From Chloroflexota bacterium (GTDB lineage: Bacteria; Chloroflexota; Limnocylindria; P2-11E), in contig JAYVCA010000055.1 in assembly GCA_043750135.1 (NCBI GenBank), positions 1-36,602 of the forward strand: a stretch of 36,602 nucleotides of DNA, written 5' to 3'. This document shows, piece after piece, positions 1 to 8,980 of the stretch. Position 1 is the stretch's first letter; every line of letters starts with the position of its first letter. A program made the translations under genes and the position numbers. The notes under the pieces were generated by a model. It did not search any database. It was not told the DNA's origin and saw nothing but the letters and a program-made list of their open reading frames with translations.

Positions 1-101
1 GGGAAGTGCATCTTCAGCGCCTTGACCTCGAGGAGGTTCTTGCCGCTGCCGGCCGTCGCGCTGGAGCGCGTGCGGACCATCTCGTCAGTGGAAAGCGCCA
101 T
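1..101 (-). CDS. Peptide ABC transporter ATP-binding protein, second ATPase (OppF/DppF-like); N-terminal fragment running off the window
   Basis: The minus strand from ATG at 101 reads [33 protein letters not shown], a typical OppF N-terminus (LLEVK.L...F). GGAGGA lies 8 nt upstream and the ATG is 14 nt after the OppD-like stop. This ORF is not in the supplied track because it is truncated by the window edge. Confidence 0.7.
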   Translation of the reverse strand, partial: MALSTDEMVRTRSSATAGSGKNLLEVKALKMHF

Positions 102-115
102 CTCGTCTTCCTCCG

Positions 116-1234
<1,119 letters not shown>

Positions 1235-1299
1235 GTTGCTCCCCCTCCTGTGATTCGCTCAAGTCGCGCAGTCTACCGGTCCGCGTCCTCGGACGCCGG

Positions 1300-2256
1300 T
1301 CAATTCTTCATCCGCGGGTCGAGCGCATCGCGGAGGCCGTCGCCGAGGAAGGTGAATGCGAGCATCACCAGCGAGATGCACAGGGCGGGCAGGAACACCG
1401 GCCACGGTGAGGTCGAGAACACCACGAAGCCGTCATTGATCATGACCCCCCAGGTCGGCGTCGGCGGCTTGATCCCGATGCCCAGGTAGCCGAGCGACGC
1501 CTCTCCCAGGATCGCTCCGGGGATCGAGAACGCCAGGGCCACGATGATCGGGGCGAGGGTGTTCGGGAACAGGTGGCGCAGCATGATCCGTGCAGGCCGC
1601 GCACCGATCGAGCGTGCGGCCTCGACGAACTCCTTCTCCTTGAGCGAGAGGACCTGCCCGCGGACGAGCCGCGCGAGGCCGACCCAGTTGACCACCGCGA
1701 GCGCCGCGAAGATCAGGACCAGGCCCCCCAGCAGGCTTCCGAACCCGGTGTCGCGCAGCAGCCCGACGATGATGATGAGGAACAGCAGGTCCGGGAACGC
1801 GTAGATGACGTCGGTGAAGCGCATGAGCAGGTTGTCGACCCAGCCGCCCTTGAAGCCGGAGAGCATGCCGACGGAGATCCCGATGCTGAAGACGAGGATG
1901 GTCGGGACCAGTCCAACGACCATCGAGACACGGGCGCCGTACATCAGCCGGCTCAGGATGTCGCGTCCGAGCGCATCGGTGCCGAAGGGATGGCCCTCGG
2001 TGACGTACTTCGTCCCCGTCCAGACCGGATCGCTGAGCGCGATCGGGGTGTTCACCAGCACCGGATCGTAGGGCGCGATCCACTGCGCGGTCAGCGCGAT
2101 GAACGCGGCGAAGCCAATGATGAACAGGCCGACCATCGCGCCCTTGTTGCGGCGAAGTCGGTACCAGGCGTCGACCCAGAGCGAGCGCTGCTTCCGCTCC
2201 AGCGAGTTGAGCTCGAGCGCCCGTCGCTGCTGGTTCGTCGTCGTGACGGTGGCCAT
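1300..2256 (-). CDS. Peptide ABC transporter permease (OppC/DppC-like)
   Basis: 318 aa, multi-TM. OppC-type N-terminus (SLWVDAWYRLRRNKGAMVGL) and a BPD-transport EAA-like region (EFVEAARSIGARPARIMLRH). Confidence 0.9.
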   Translation of the reverse strand: MATVTTTNQQRRALELNSLERKQRSLWVDAWYRLRRNKGAMVGLFIIGFAAFIALTAQWIAPYDPVLVNTPIALSDPVWTGTKYVTEGHPFGTDALGRDILSRLMYGARVSMVVGLVPTILVFSIGISVGMLSGFKGGWVDNLLMRFTDVIYAFPDLLFLIIIVGLLRDTGFGSLLGGLVLIFAALAVVNWVGLARLVRGQVLSLKEKEFVEAARSIGARPARIMLRHLFPNTLAPIIVALAFSIPGAILGEASLGYLGIGIKPPTPTWGVMINDGFVVFSTSPWPVFLPALCISLVMLAFTFLGDGLRDALDPRMKN

Positions 2257-2260
2257 CGTC

Positions 2261-3184
2261 CTACTTCCCGACCTTGATCCGCGGATCGAGGATCCCGTAG
2301 ACCAGGTCCACGGTGAGGTTCGCGACGGCGATGACGAACGCGTAGAGGAGCGCGGTGGCCATGATGATCGGGTAATCGCGCTGCTGGATCGAGAGGATCG
2401 TCTGCCGGCCGATCCCGGGGACGCTGAACAGGGTCTCGACGATGAACGAGCCGGTGATGAGCCCGGCGGTGGCCGGCCCGATGACCGTCACGACCGGGAT
2501 CATCGCGTTCTTCATCACGTGGGTCACGATGACGACCTGCTCGCGGAGACCCTTGCTGCGGGCGGTCCGGACGTAATCCTGGCGGATCGCTTCGAGCATG
2601 CTCGCCCGGGTGAGCCGGGTGAGGAACGCGGAGGGACCGAGGGCCAGGACGAAGGTCGGCAGGATCATATGCCGAAGATCGCCCCAGCCGACGATCGGCA
2701 GGAGCCGCAGCGTCACTGCGAACAGGTAGATGAGGAAGATGCCGATGACGAACGATGGGATGGTGTAGCCGACGGTCGCGAAGAACAGGCTTCCATAATC
2801 CACCGCGCTGTTCTGCTTCATCGCGCTGATCACCCCCAGCGGGAGCGAGATCGCGAGCGCCAGGATGAGCGCCTGGATACCGAGCTGCGCGGTGACCGGG
2901 AACTGCGCCCCGATGATCTCGTTCACCGAGCGCTCCTTCACCAGGCTCGAGCCGAAGTCGAAGCGGATCGCGTTCCCCAGGAACAGCGCGAACTGCTCGT
3001 GGACCGGCTTGTCGAGACCATACAAACGGTTCAGCCGCTCGATCGTGGCCTCGGTCAGGGGCCGAGAATCGTTCCGGTCGAAGGGGTTCCCGGGGGCCGC
3101 CTTGGCCAGGCTGAAGGTGATGAGAGCGACGAAGAACATCGTCGGGATGAGCAGCAGAAGCCGCCGGATCGTGTATTTCAGCAT
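2261..3184 (-). CDS. Peptide ABC transporter permease (OppB/DppB-like)
   Basis: 307 aa. MLKYTIRRLLLLIPTMFFV is the canonical OppB/DppB N-terminus. The EAA-loop region DYVRTARSKGL is present. Confidence 0.9.
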   Translation of the reverse strand: MLKYTIRRLLLLIPTMFFVALITFSLAKAAPGNPFDRNDSRPLTEATIERLNRLYGLDKPVHEQFALFLGNAIRFDFGSSLVKERSVNEIIGAQFPVTAQLGIQALILALAISLPLGVISAMKQNSAVDYGSLFFATVGYTIPSFVIGIFLIYLFAVTLRLLPIVGWGDLRHMILPTFVLALGPSAFLTRLTRASMLEAIRQDYVRTARSKGLREQVVIVTHVMKNAMIPVVTVIGPATAGLITGSFIVETLFSVPGIGRQTILSIQQRDYPIIMATALLYAFVIAVANLTVDLVYGILDPRIKVGK

Positions 3185-3262
3185 CGTTCGGCGGTCATCC
3201 TCCGGTCACCCAACCTGTTCGCGAGTGTATACCGGCACACAGTTCGATAGGTTCGATTCCGA

Positions 3263-3303
3263 TTTCAAAACGGAGGCCGGGCCGGCCTTTCGGCCGGCCC
3301 GGC
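3263..3303 (-). terminator. Intrinsic terminator/attenuator hairpin between the binding-protein gene and the permease genes
   Basis: Perfect 12-bp GC stem (3276-3287 gccgggccggcc, 3292-3303 ggccggcccggc) with a 4-nt loop. On the minus strand it is followed by CTCCGTTTTGAAA. It lies 50 nt after the binding-protein stop. Confidence 0.6.
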
Positions 3304-3352
3304 GGAACCGAGACAGATCAGCGTCTTGGATCGTCGGAGTCCTACAAGAGCC

Positions 3353-5032
3353 CTAGCCCTTCTTGGTGACGCCGACCTCGTTGATCTTGAAGATACCGAG
3401 CTCGAAGTCGAGCGCGCTATCGGTGATGCCCTTGACCCAGGGCTTGAGAAGGTACTTCGACGCCGAGTAGTAGTAGAAGGCGACCGCGGCGTCCTGACTC
3501 AGGATCCGCGAGGCCTTCTGGTAACCGGCGTCACGCTTGGTCGCGTCCTTCTCCTTGTCCGCCTCGCGGACAATCTTGTCGAACTCGTCGTTCTTGTACC
3601 CGGTCCGGGTGACCGTCGAGGTCGAGATGAACACCGTGGTCAGCCAGTCCTGCTGGTCCGGGTAGTCCGCGCACCAGCCAAGGGTGAAGAGCTGCGGTGT
3701 GGTCTCGGCCTTCTTCACGAGCGAGCTGAAGGTCGTGCGGTCGACCGGGTCGAGGGCGACCTCGATCCCGAGGTTCGTCTTCCACTGCGACTGGACCCAC
3801 TCGACGCGGGTCTTGTTGCGAGCGGAGGTCGAGTAGGTGAACTTGATCGTCTTCAGCTCGTCCTTGCCGGCGAAGCTCGACTCCGACAGCAGCTTCGCCG
3901 CCGCGGTCTTGTCGAACTTCTGGGCCTGGTCATCCTTGTCGTAGCCCGGGAGGCCCGGCGGGATGAATGAGGTCGCTACGGTACCGATCTTCTGGATGTC
4001 CTTGATGAAGGCCTCGCGGTCGAATGCCTTGGCGAAGGCCAGACGGACCTTCGCGTCGGTGAACGGCGCCTTCTTGTTGTTGAAGCCGTAGTAGAAGGTG
4101 CAGGAGCCGGGGACGTCCCGGGTCTGCGCCTTGAGATCCGCGTCGCCATCGACGGTACGGAGGTCCTCGGCGGCGACGCCGTAGGCGTCAAGCTCATTGT
4201 TCCGGTATGCAGCGAAGGCGACGGCGCCCTCGTTGATCATGACCTTGGTCCACTTCTTGAGCTTGGCCGGCGCGCGGTAGCTGTCGTTGCGCTCGAAGAC
4301 GAGCTTCTCGTTGTGCTTCCACTCGGTGAGCTTGAAGGGGCCGTTGCCGATGAACGTCGCCGGCTCGGTCCACTTGTCGCCACCCTTGGTGACGTCGGCC
4401 TCACGCGAGGGGACACCGACCCAGAGCGCCGCGATCGAGTTGAAGTACGGCGCGGACTCGGTGAGGGTGAAGGTGATCGACTTGTCGTCGGTCTTGATCC
4501 CGAGCTTGCCCTTCGCGGCGGACATCTCGGCCGGGGTCGCCTTCTTCGGGTCCATGTTGTTCCAGTCCTCGCACCCGACGATGACGTAGCCGGTGAACGC
4601 GTACTCCCCGGCGGTGACCGGGTCGCACAGGCGGGTAAAGCCGTAGGCGAAGTCCTTCGGCGTGACGGCGGTGCCGTCGGAGTACTTCAGGCCATCGCGC
4701 AGCGTGTACTTGTAGGTGAGGCCGTCGGCCGACACCTCGGGCTCCTTGATCGCGGCAGCCGGGACCGGACGGAGCGTCTTCGGGTCGAGGTTCATGAGCG
4801 CCTCGAAGACCATCATCGTCTGCCCGACTTCGGCGACGAACGACTCCTTCTGTGGGTCGATCGTGTCCGGCTCTCCGCCGGTGTTCGTGGTGAGCTCACC
4901 GTTGGGATCGATCGCGCCTGAGGCGCTCGCGGTGGTGGGGCCCTGCTGGCCACCCTGACACGCCGTGACAAGCAGTGAGAACACGACGAGCAGCGCGAGG
5001 ATGGACCAGGGGCCGGTGCGGCGTTGGAACAT
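3353..5032 (-). CDS. ABC transporter substrate-binding lipoprotein, family 5 (peptide/nickel, OppA/DppA-like)
   Basis: Start trimmed to ATG 5032 (MFQRRTGPWSILALLVVFSLLVTAC...), which has GGAGGGAG 5 nt upstream. Signal peptide with lipobox VTAC. Family-5 SBP-like length and composition. Confidence 0.85.
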   Translation of the reverse strand: MFQRRTGPWSILALLVVFSLLVTACQGGQQGPTTASASGAIDPNGELTTNTGGEPDTIDPQKESFVAEVGQTMMVFEALMNLDPKTLRPVPAAAIKEPEVSADGLTYKYTLRDGLKYSDGTAVTPKDFAYGFTRLCDPVTAGEYAFTGYVIVGCEDWNNMDPKKATPAEMSAAKGKLGIKTDDKSITFTLTESAPYFNSIAALWVGVPSREADVTKGGDKWTEPATFIGNGPFKLTEWKHNEKLVFERNDSYRAPAKLKKWTKVMINEGAVAFAAYRNNELDAYGVAAEDLRTVDGDADLKAQTRDVPGSCTFYYGFNNKKAPFTDAKVRLAFAKAFDREAFIKDIQKIGTVATSFIPPGLPGYDKDDQAQKFDKTAAAKLLSESSFAGKDELKTIKFTYSTSARNKTRVEWVQSQWKTNLGIEVALDPVDRTTFSSLVKKAETTPQLFTLGWCADYPDQQDWLTTVFISTSTVTRTGYKNDEFDKIVREADKEKDATKRDAGYQKASRILSQDAAVAFYYYSASKYLLKPWVKGITDSALDFELGIFKINEVGVTKKG

Positions 5033-5040
5033 TCGCTCCC

Positions 5041-5090
5041 TCCAAGTTTCGCCAAGTTTCGCCAAGTTTCGCCGAGCTTCGCCAAGTTTT
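5041..5090. repeat. Five tandem copies of a 10-bp unit (plus gccaagtttc; minus GAAACTTGGC) immediately upstream of the binding-protein RBS
   Basis: Read directly: tccaagtttc, gccaagtttc, gccaagtttc, gccgagcttc, gccaagtttt. Two units are identical and the other three differ by 1-2 nt. Confidence 0.9.
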
Positions 5091-5316
5091 CGCCACGATC
5101 TGGCGGGGATTGGACGCGGCGCGCGAACAGCAATGGGGTACGGGCCGGAAGACGGCAGGTCGCCGCCACGCGAGGCTCCCGTCCTCCCTTCGCGGGTCGC
5201 CCGGCTGCCGCAACGGTGGGCCCCAGCCGGCCGACCCGGTCATTCTGTGGCCCGTCGGTACGAAAGGTCAATTTCGCGACGTTCGGGCGGTCGTTCATGT
5301 CTACCGCCGGTCCGGG

Positions 5317-5399
5317 GCCAGAGTTCAGGCCACCGCCAGGCCACCGTCAGGCCAGAGTTCAGGTCAGGCTCAGCCGGGGTTCAGGGCCGGCCCTCAGGG
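5317..5399. repeat. Degenerate phased repeat rich in TCAGG (minus CCTGA), including a 13-nt exact duplicate
   Basis: gccagagttcagg occurs at 5317-5329 and 5351-5363. ccaccgNcagg occurs twice in tandem (5330-5351). CAGG recurs at roughly 11-nt spacing up to the stop codon of the upstream binding-protein gene. Confidence 0.75.
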
Positions 5400-6968
5400 C
5401 GCGGCGAAGCGCCAATCGCGCACGTTCCAGGTCAGCGGCTCCCCCGCCGGGACCGGCTGGATCCCGGCGAGATCGCGCCGCGCCACGTCCACCAGCAGGC
5501 GCTGGTAGAGCGCGACCCCCGCCGGCGCGGCGCTCCAGAGGCGGGCGAGCTCCAGATACAGCGACCGCTTCTCGGTGCGATCCGGGCCCGCGGCGGCCCC
5601 CGCCGCGAGGGTGTCGAACCACGGCCCCGCGGTCCCGGCGTACCCCGCCGTCGTCTGCTGGGGGTCGCCCGCGGGCTGGGGCTGGATCGCCAGATCGAAC
5701 GCGCCCCCGGCGACCGCGGCGGCGACCTCGGCGGCCGGTCGCTCGCGTACCTGGGCGGCGATGCCGACGGCCGCGAGGTCGCCGGCCACCAGGCGGGCGG
5801 CCTCGAGTCGCGCCGGAGAGCCGGCCGGCACCAGGAGCGTCAGCACCATCCGGTCGCCTCCGCGCTCCTGGATCCCGAACGTCCCGCGGACAAAGCCCGC
5901 CCCGGCGAGCGCGTTACGCGCCGCAACGCGGTCCGGCCGCGGCGCCGGGCCGCCCTCGGCCGCGGCCCACAGCGGTGGGACGAGGTAGCTCTTCGCGACC
6001 AGGGCGCGGCCGGCGAAAAGGGCGCTCACGATGGCCGTCCGGTCCACCGTGAGCAGGATCGCCCGACGGAGCTCCGGGTCGGCGAGCCGCGGACCGAAGC
6101 GCAACACCTCGATCGCCTCGGATGGGGTGTAGAAGGTCTGGAGCGCCCCACCATCGGCGAAGCGGTCAAGGGTCCGGGCGAGGTCGGCCTCGAGCGCCGG
6201 TGAAGGGGCGACGTCGACATCTCCGCGCCGGAGCGCTTCAAGGAGCGCGCCCCGGTCGCCGAAGAAGCGGATCTCCAGACGGCCGATCGCCGGCGCGCCG
6301 AGGGCGTAGTCGCGGAACGCGGACAGCGTGATGCCGATCCCCGGCAGCCATGCCGCGACGGCGAACGGCCCGGCATGGACCGGCTCGCGGTCATAACGCG
6401 CGCGGTCGGCGGGGCTCGCGTTCGCCAGAAGATGCCGCGGCAGGACCCGCGCGACGGTCGCGTAGCCGTCCCAGCGCTCGTCCGCCAGAAAGACGAACCG
6501 GACCGTGCGGCCGTCCAGGACCTCGACCCGCTCGACCCGCTCGGCGATCCAGCGCGCTTGGGTGCCGGGCGGCGCGGCGCGATCGTCATCCCAGGCGAAC
6601 CGGACGTCGTCCGCGGTGATCGGCTCGCCGTCCTGCCAGCGAAGGCCGGCGCGCAGCTCGAAGACCGCCACCTGCCGGCCGTTCGGCGCGGCCGGATCGT
6701 CGGTGACCACCTTGAGCCCGCCGTTCTCCAGCGTCGGGACCACCGTCGCCAGACGCGCGACCAGGTCGTCATGCGCGTCACGCCGGACGAGCTGCTCGGT
6801 CACCGCGGCGGCGATGAGCCGCGCGTTCGGATCGTCGGCGAACACCGAGGCTGGCTCGCCGACGATGCCGATGACGACGTCCCGGCGCACCGCACGCGCC
6901 GGCGTGCAAGAAGAGAGGAGCACGATCAGGAGGGCGGCCGCGGCAAGCGGCCGCCAGGAGCGGTTCAG
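5394..6968 (-). CDS. ABC transporter substrate-binding lipoprotein, family 5 (second copy); start uncertain
   Basis: Family-5 SBP-like motifs (VVIGIVGEPASVF, WQDGEPITADDVRFAW). The signal peptide NRSWRPLAAAALLIVLLSSC carries a lipobox. No ATG precedes the signal peptide. Candidate starts are CTG 6968 or GTG 7043, the latter overlapping the upstream gene by 60 nt. Confidence 0.75.
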   Translation of the reverse strand: MNRSWRPLAAAALLIVLLSSCTPARAVRRDVVIGIVGEPASVFADDPNARLIAAAVTEQLVRRDAHDDLVARLATVVPTLENGGLKVVTDDPAAPNGRQVAVFELRAGLRWQDGEPITADDVRFAWDDDRAAPPGTQARWIAERVERVEVLDGRTVRFVFLADERWDGYATVARVLPRHLLANASPADRARYDREPVHAGPFAVAAWLPGIGITLSAFRDYALGAPAIGRLEIRFFGDRGALLEALRRGDVDVAPSPALEADLARTLDRFADGGALQTFYTPSEAIEVLRFGPRLADPELRRAILLTVDRTAIVSALFAGRALVAKSYLVPPLWAAAEGGPAPRPDRVAARNALAGAGFVRGTFGIQERGGDRMVLTLLVPAGSPARLEAARLVAGDLAAVGIAAQVRERPAAEVAAAVAGGAFDLAIQPQPAGDPQQTTAGYAGTAGPWFDTLAAGAAAGPDRTEKRSLYLELARLWSAAPAGVALYQRLLVDVARRDLAGIQPVPAGEPLTWNVRDWRFAAP

Positions 6969-6981
6969 GCCGTCGGGGGGA

Positions 6982-7473
6982 TCAGCGCGCGAGGCCCTGG
7001 CGGACCCGGTGGAGGGGATCGGCCGGCGGATCGGCAGCGGCACTGCTGAACACGCCGCCAACGCCGAGGAGCGGATCGAGGAGGTCGTTCGCCGCGACGG
7101 ACCGGCCGACCCGCAGCCACCGCGCGAAGGTCTCCGGCCGGTCGAGCGACAGGCCTGGCGCCACGCGCACCTCATCGGCTGCCGCGGACGCCCGCGCGGT
7201 CGCGGTGTCCGGCGTGAGCGAGCTCACCGGGGCGAGCGAGGCGGCGAACACGAACGCGGCGGCCGCGACCGCCGTGACGAGCTCGCCGGCGCGGCCGAGA
7301 AGCGCGGCGCCGCGGAGCGGTGTCGGGGCGGTCGGCGCCCAGCGGATCGCCGCGCGGACCCGGGCCGGCGAGAGACCGGCGTCTGTCAGACGCAGCGGCG
7401 CGAAGGCGGCCTCGAGCGCGGCGTCCAGACGGAGCCGCTCGTTGAGCGGGAGCGGCCCGGCGTTCCGCCTCAC
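6982..7473 (-). CDS. Single-pass membrane protein, putative anti-sigma factor
   Basis: GTG at 7473 overlaps the sigma-factor stop (GTGA). 163 aa with one hydrophobic helix (LVTAVAAAAFVFAASLAPV). The anti-sigma call rests on position directly after an ECF sigma gene. No zinc-binding HxxxCxxC motif was seen. Confidence 0.4.
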   Translation of the reverse strand: MRRNAGPLPLNERLRLDAALEAAFAPLRLTDAGLSPARVRAAIRWAPTAPTPLRGAALLGRAGELVTAVAAAAFVFAASLAPVSSLTPDTATARASAAADEVRVAPGLSLDRPETFARWLRVGRSVAANDLLDPLLGVGGVFSSAAADPPADPLHRVRQGLAR

Positions 7474-8192
7474 CGTTGCCGTCCGGGTGTCGCCGCACGC
7501 CGCGCCGTCCCAGGTGTCAGGTTCGGCGTCTCGTTGGGCGTCAGGATGGGCCTCGGATGAGGGATCACACCTTCTGTAGCCGCGGGCCGGCCCGGGGGTT
7601 CGAACAGCAGGCCCGGATGTGACGAAAGATGCGTTTTGAGGCCGCGCAGCGCGTAGTGAAGGCGCGATTTCACCGTTCCGACCGGCGCTTCGACGATCTC
7701 GGCGATCTCGGCCAGGTTCAGCCCGTTGAGGTAATAGAGGACGACGACGATCTTGTGCTTCGGGCCGAGCGCGTCGACGCACTCGAGGACCACCCGGCGC
7801 CGCTCGGCGAGCTCGGCCGCGGCGCTCGGCGAGTCTCGTTCGGTCACGACCTCGTTCGAGGCCTCCTCCAGGGGATGGAACGACACGTTCTTCCGCGGCT
7901 GGCGGTTATACGACAGGTTCACCGCGACCCGATAGAGCCAGGGGCGGAGCGAGTCCTCTGGCTCGAGCCGCGCGAGCGCGCGATAGGCGCGGGCGAATGC
8001 GTCGACCACGATCTCCTCGGCCGCCGATGGATCCTTCGTGATCGCGTAGGCCAGACGGTAGAGGCCGTCGCGGTAGCGATAGAAGAGCGTGTCGAAGGCA
8101 TCCATGTCGCCGCCGCGGGCCGCGTAGACGAGCGCACGGTCGCCGCGGTCGTCCGCCGGACGATCGGTGGTCGGATGCGGGCGGCCGGTCAC
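7470..8192 (-). CDS. ECF-type RNA polymerase sigma-70 factor
   Basis: Region 2 (FDTLFYRYRDGLYRLAYAITKD...PWLYRVAVNLSYN) and region 4 HTH (LNLAEIAEIVEAPVGTVKSRLHYALRGL). A Pro/Thr-rich tail of about 50 aa follows region 4. Confidence 0.85.
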   Translation of the reverse strand: MTGRPHPTTDRPADDRGDRALVYAARGGDMDAFDTLFYRYRDGLYRLAYAITKDPSAAEEIVVDAFARAYRALARLEPEDSLRPWLYRVAVNLSYNRQPRKNVSFHPLEEASNEVVTERDSPSAAAELAERRRVVLECVDALGPKHKIVVVLYYLNGLNLAEIAEIVEAPVGTVKSRLHYALRGLKTHLSSHPGLLFEPPGRPAATEGVIPHPRPILTPNETPNLTPGTARRAATPGRQR

Positions 8193-8980
8193 GGGAGGTA
8201 CCGGCGGATCGCCAGGAGACGGCGGTCGGCGCCCAGCTCGCCGCGCTCGACGGACCCGCCTTTGCGCGGCGCGTGAAGGAACGTCCGCGGACCGGTGGCG
8301 ATCGCGGTGTGGGTCACCCTCGGGTCACCGAAGAAGAAGAGGTCACCGGCGCGCGCCGCCTCAACGGACCGCCCGGCGAGGGCCTGCTGATCGGCGTCGC
8401 GCGGGAGCGCCACACCATTCAGACGGTACACCTGCTGGGTGAGGCCCGAGCAGTCGATCCCCCGCACCGTTAGGCCACCCCAGAGGTAGGGCGTGCCGAG
8501 GAACGTCTCCGCGGTGGCCAGCAGATCGGCGGCGTCCGGCGGGCGCCGCGGCAGCTCGTGCGCTCGGACGGTGTCCGACGCCGCGATCCAGCCACCGCCA
8601 CAGCGGATCCAGACCGCGTCCGCGTCGCCGAGCACCCCAGCACTGACCGAGGTGCCCGGCGCGAGCGCATCGATCGCCGCCCCGTCGGGGTCGGCTGCGG
8701 CGCGGACCACCGCGGCCTGCACGACGACGATCCGCTCGGATCCCGGCGGCGTTGATGGCCGCACGCCGTCCTGCTCGATCCACCCCAGATACTGATCCTC
8801 GCCCTGTACGTAAGCCCAGCCGTCGTGCTCACCGAGGAGCGTGACCATCTCGCCGAAGAGCACCTGATCCACCAGCTCGCTCTCGCGGTCGGGCTGGGCA
8901 TGGAGATCGACGACACCGCGGGCGATCGTCGCGCCTGCCGGTCGGACGATCGGGACGCGGGCGGCCGCGCTGCCGCTCAC
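8189..8980 (-). CDS. NlpC/P60 (C40) cysteine peptidase with N-terminal SH3b-like domains, no signal peptide (YkfC/gamma-D-glutamyl-L-diamino-acid endopeptidase-like architecture)
   Basis: Trimmed to GTG 8980, which overlaps the gcvPB stop (GTGA). Catalytic region GTPYLWGG...GIDCSGL...HTAIA...FLHAP. SH3b-like LFGEMVTLLGEHDGWAYVQ. No N-terminal hydrophobic signal. Confidence 0.75.
   Translation of the reverse strand: MSGSAAARVPIVRPAGATIARGVVDLHAQPDRESELVDQVLFGEMVTLLGEHDGWAYVQGEDQYLGWIEQDGVRPSTPPGSERIVVVQAAVVRAAADPDGAAIDALAPGTSVSAGVLGDADAVWIRCGGGWIAASDTVRAHELPRRPPDAADLLATAETFLGTPYLWGGLTVRGIDCSGLTQQVYRLNGVALPRDADQQALAGRSVEAARAGDLFFFGDPRVTHTAIATGPRTFLHAPRKGGSVERGELGADRRLLAIRRYLP

Noticed and set aside
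1235-1299. Possible internal promoter (TTGACC ... TAGACT) and small hairpin between the permease and ATPase genes.
   Set aside because: The spacing between the hexamers is about 22 nt, which is too long. The hairpin has only a 2-nt loop. There is not enough support to call a feature.
5041-5090. Whether the short tandem repeats at 5041-5090, 5317-5399 and 19736-19789 are CRISPR arrays.
   Set aside because: The units are 9-11 bp and directly tandem, with no unique spacers of about 30 bp, and no cas genes are nearby. They are simple tandem or phased repeats, not CRISPR.
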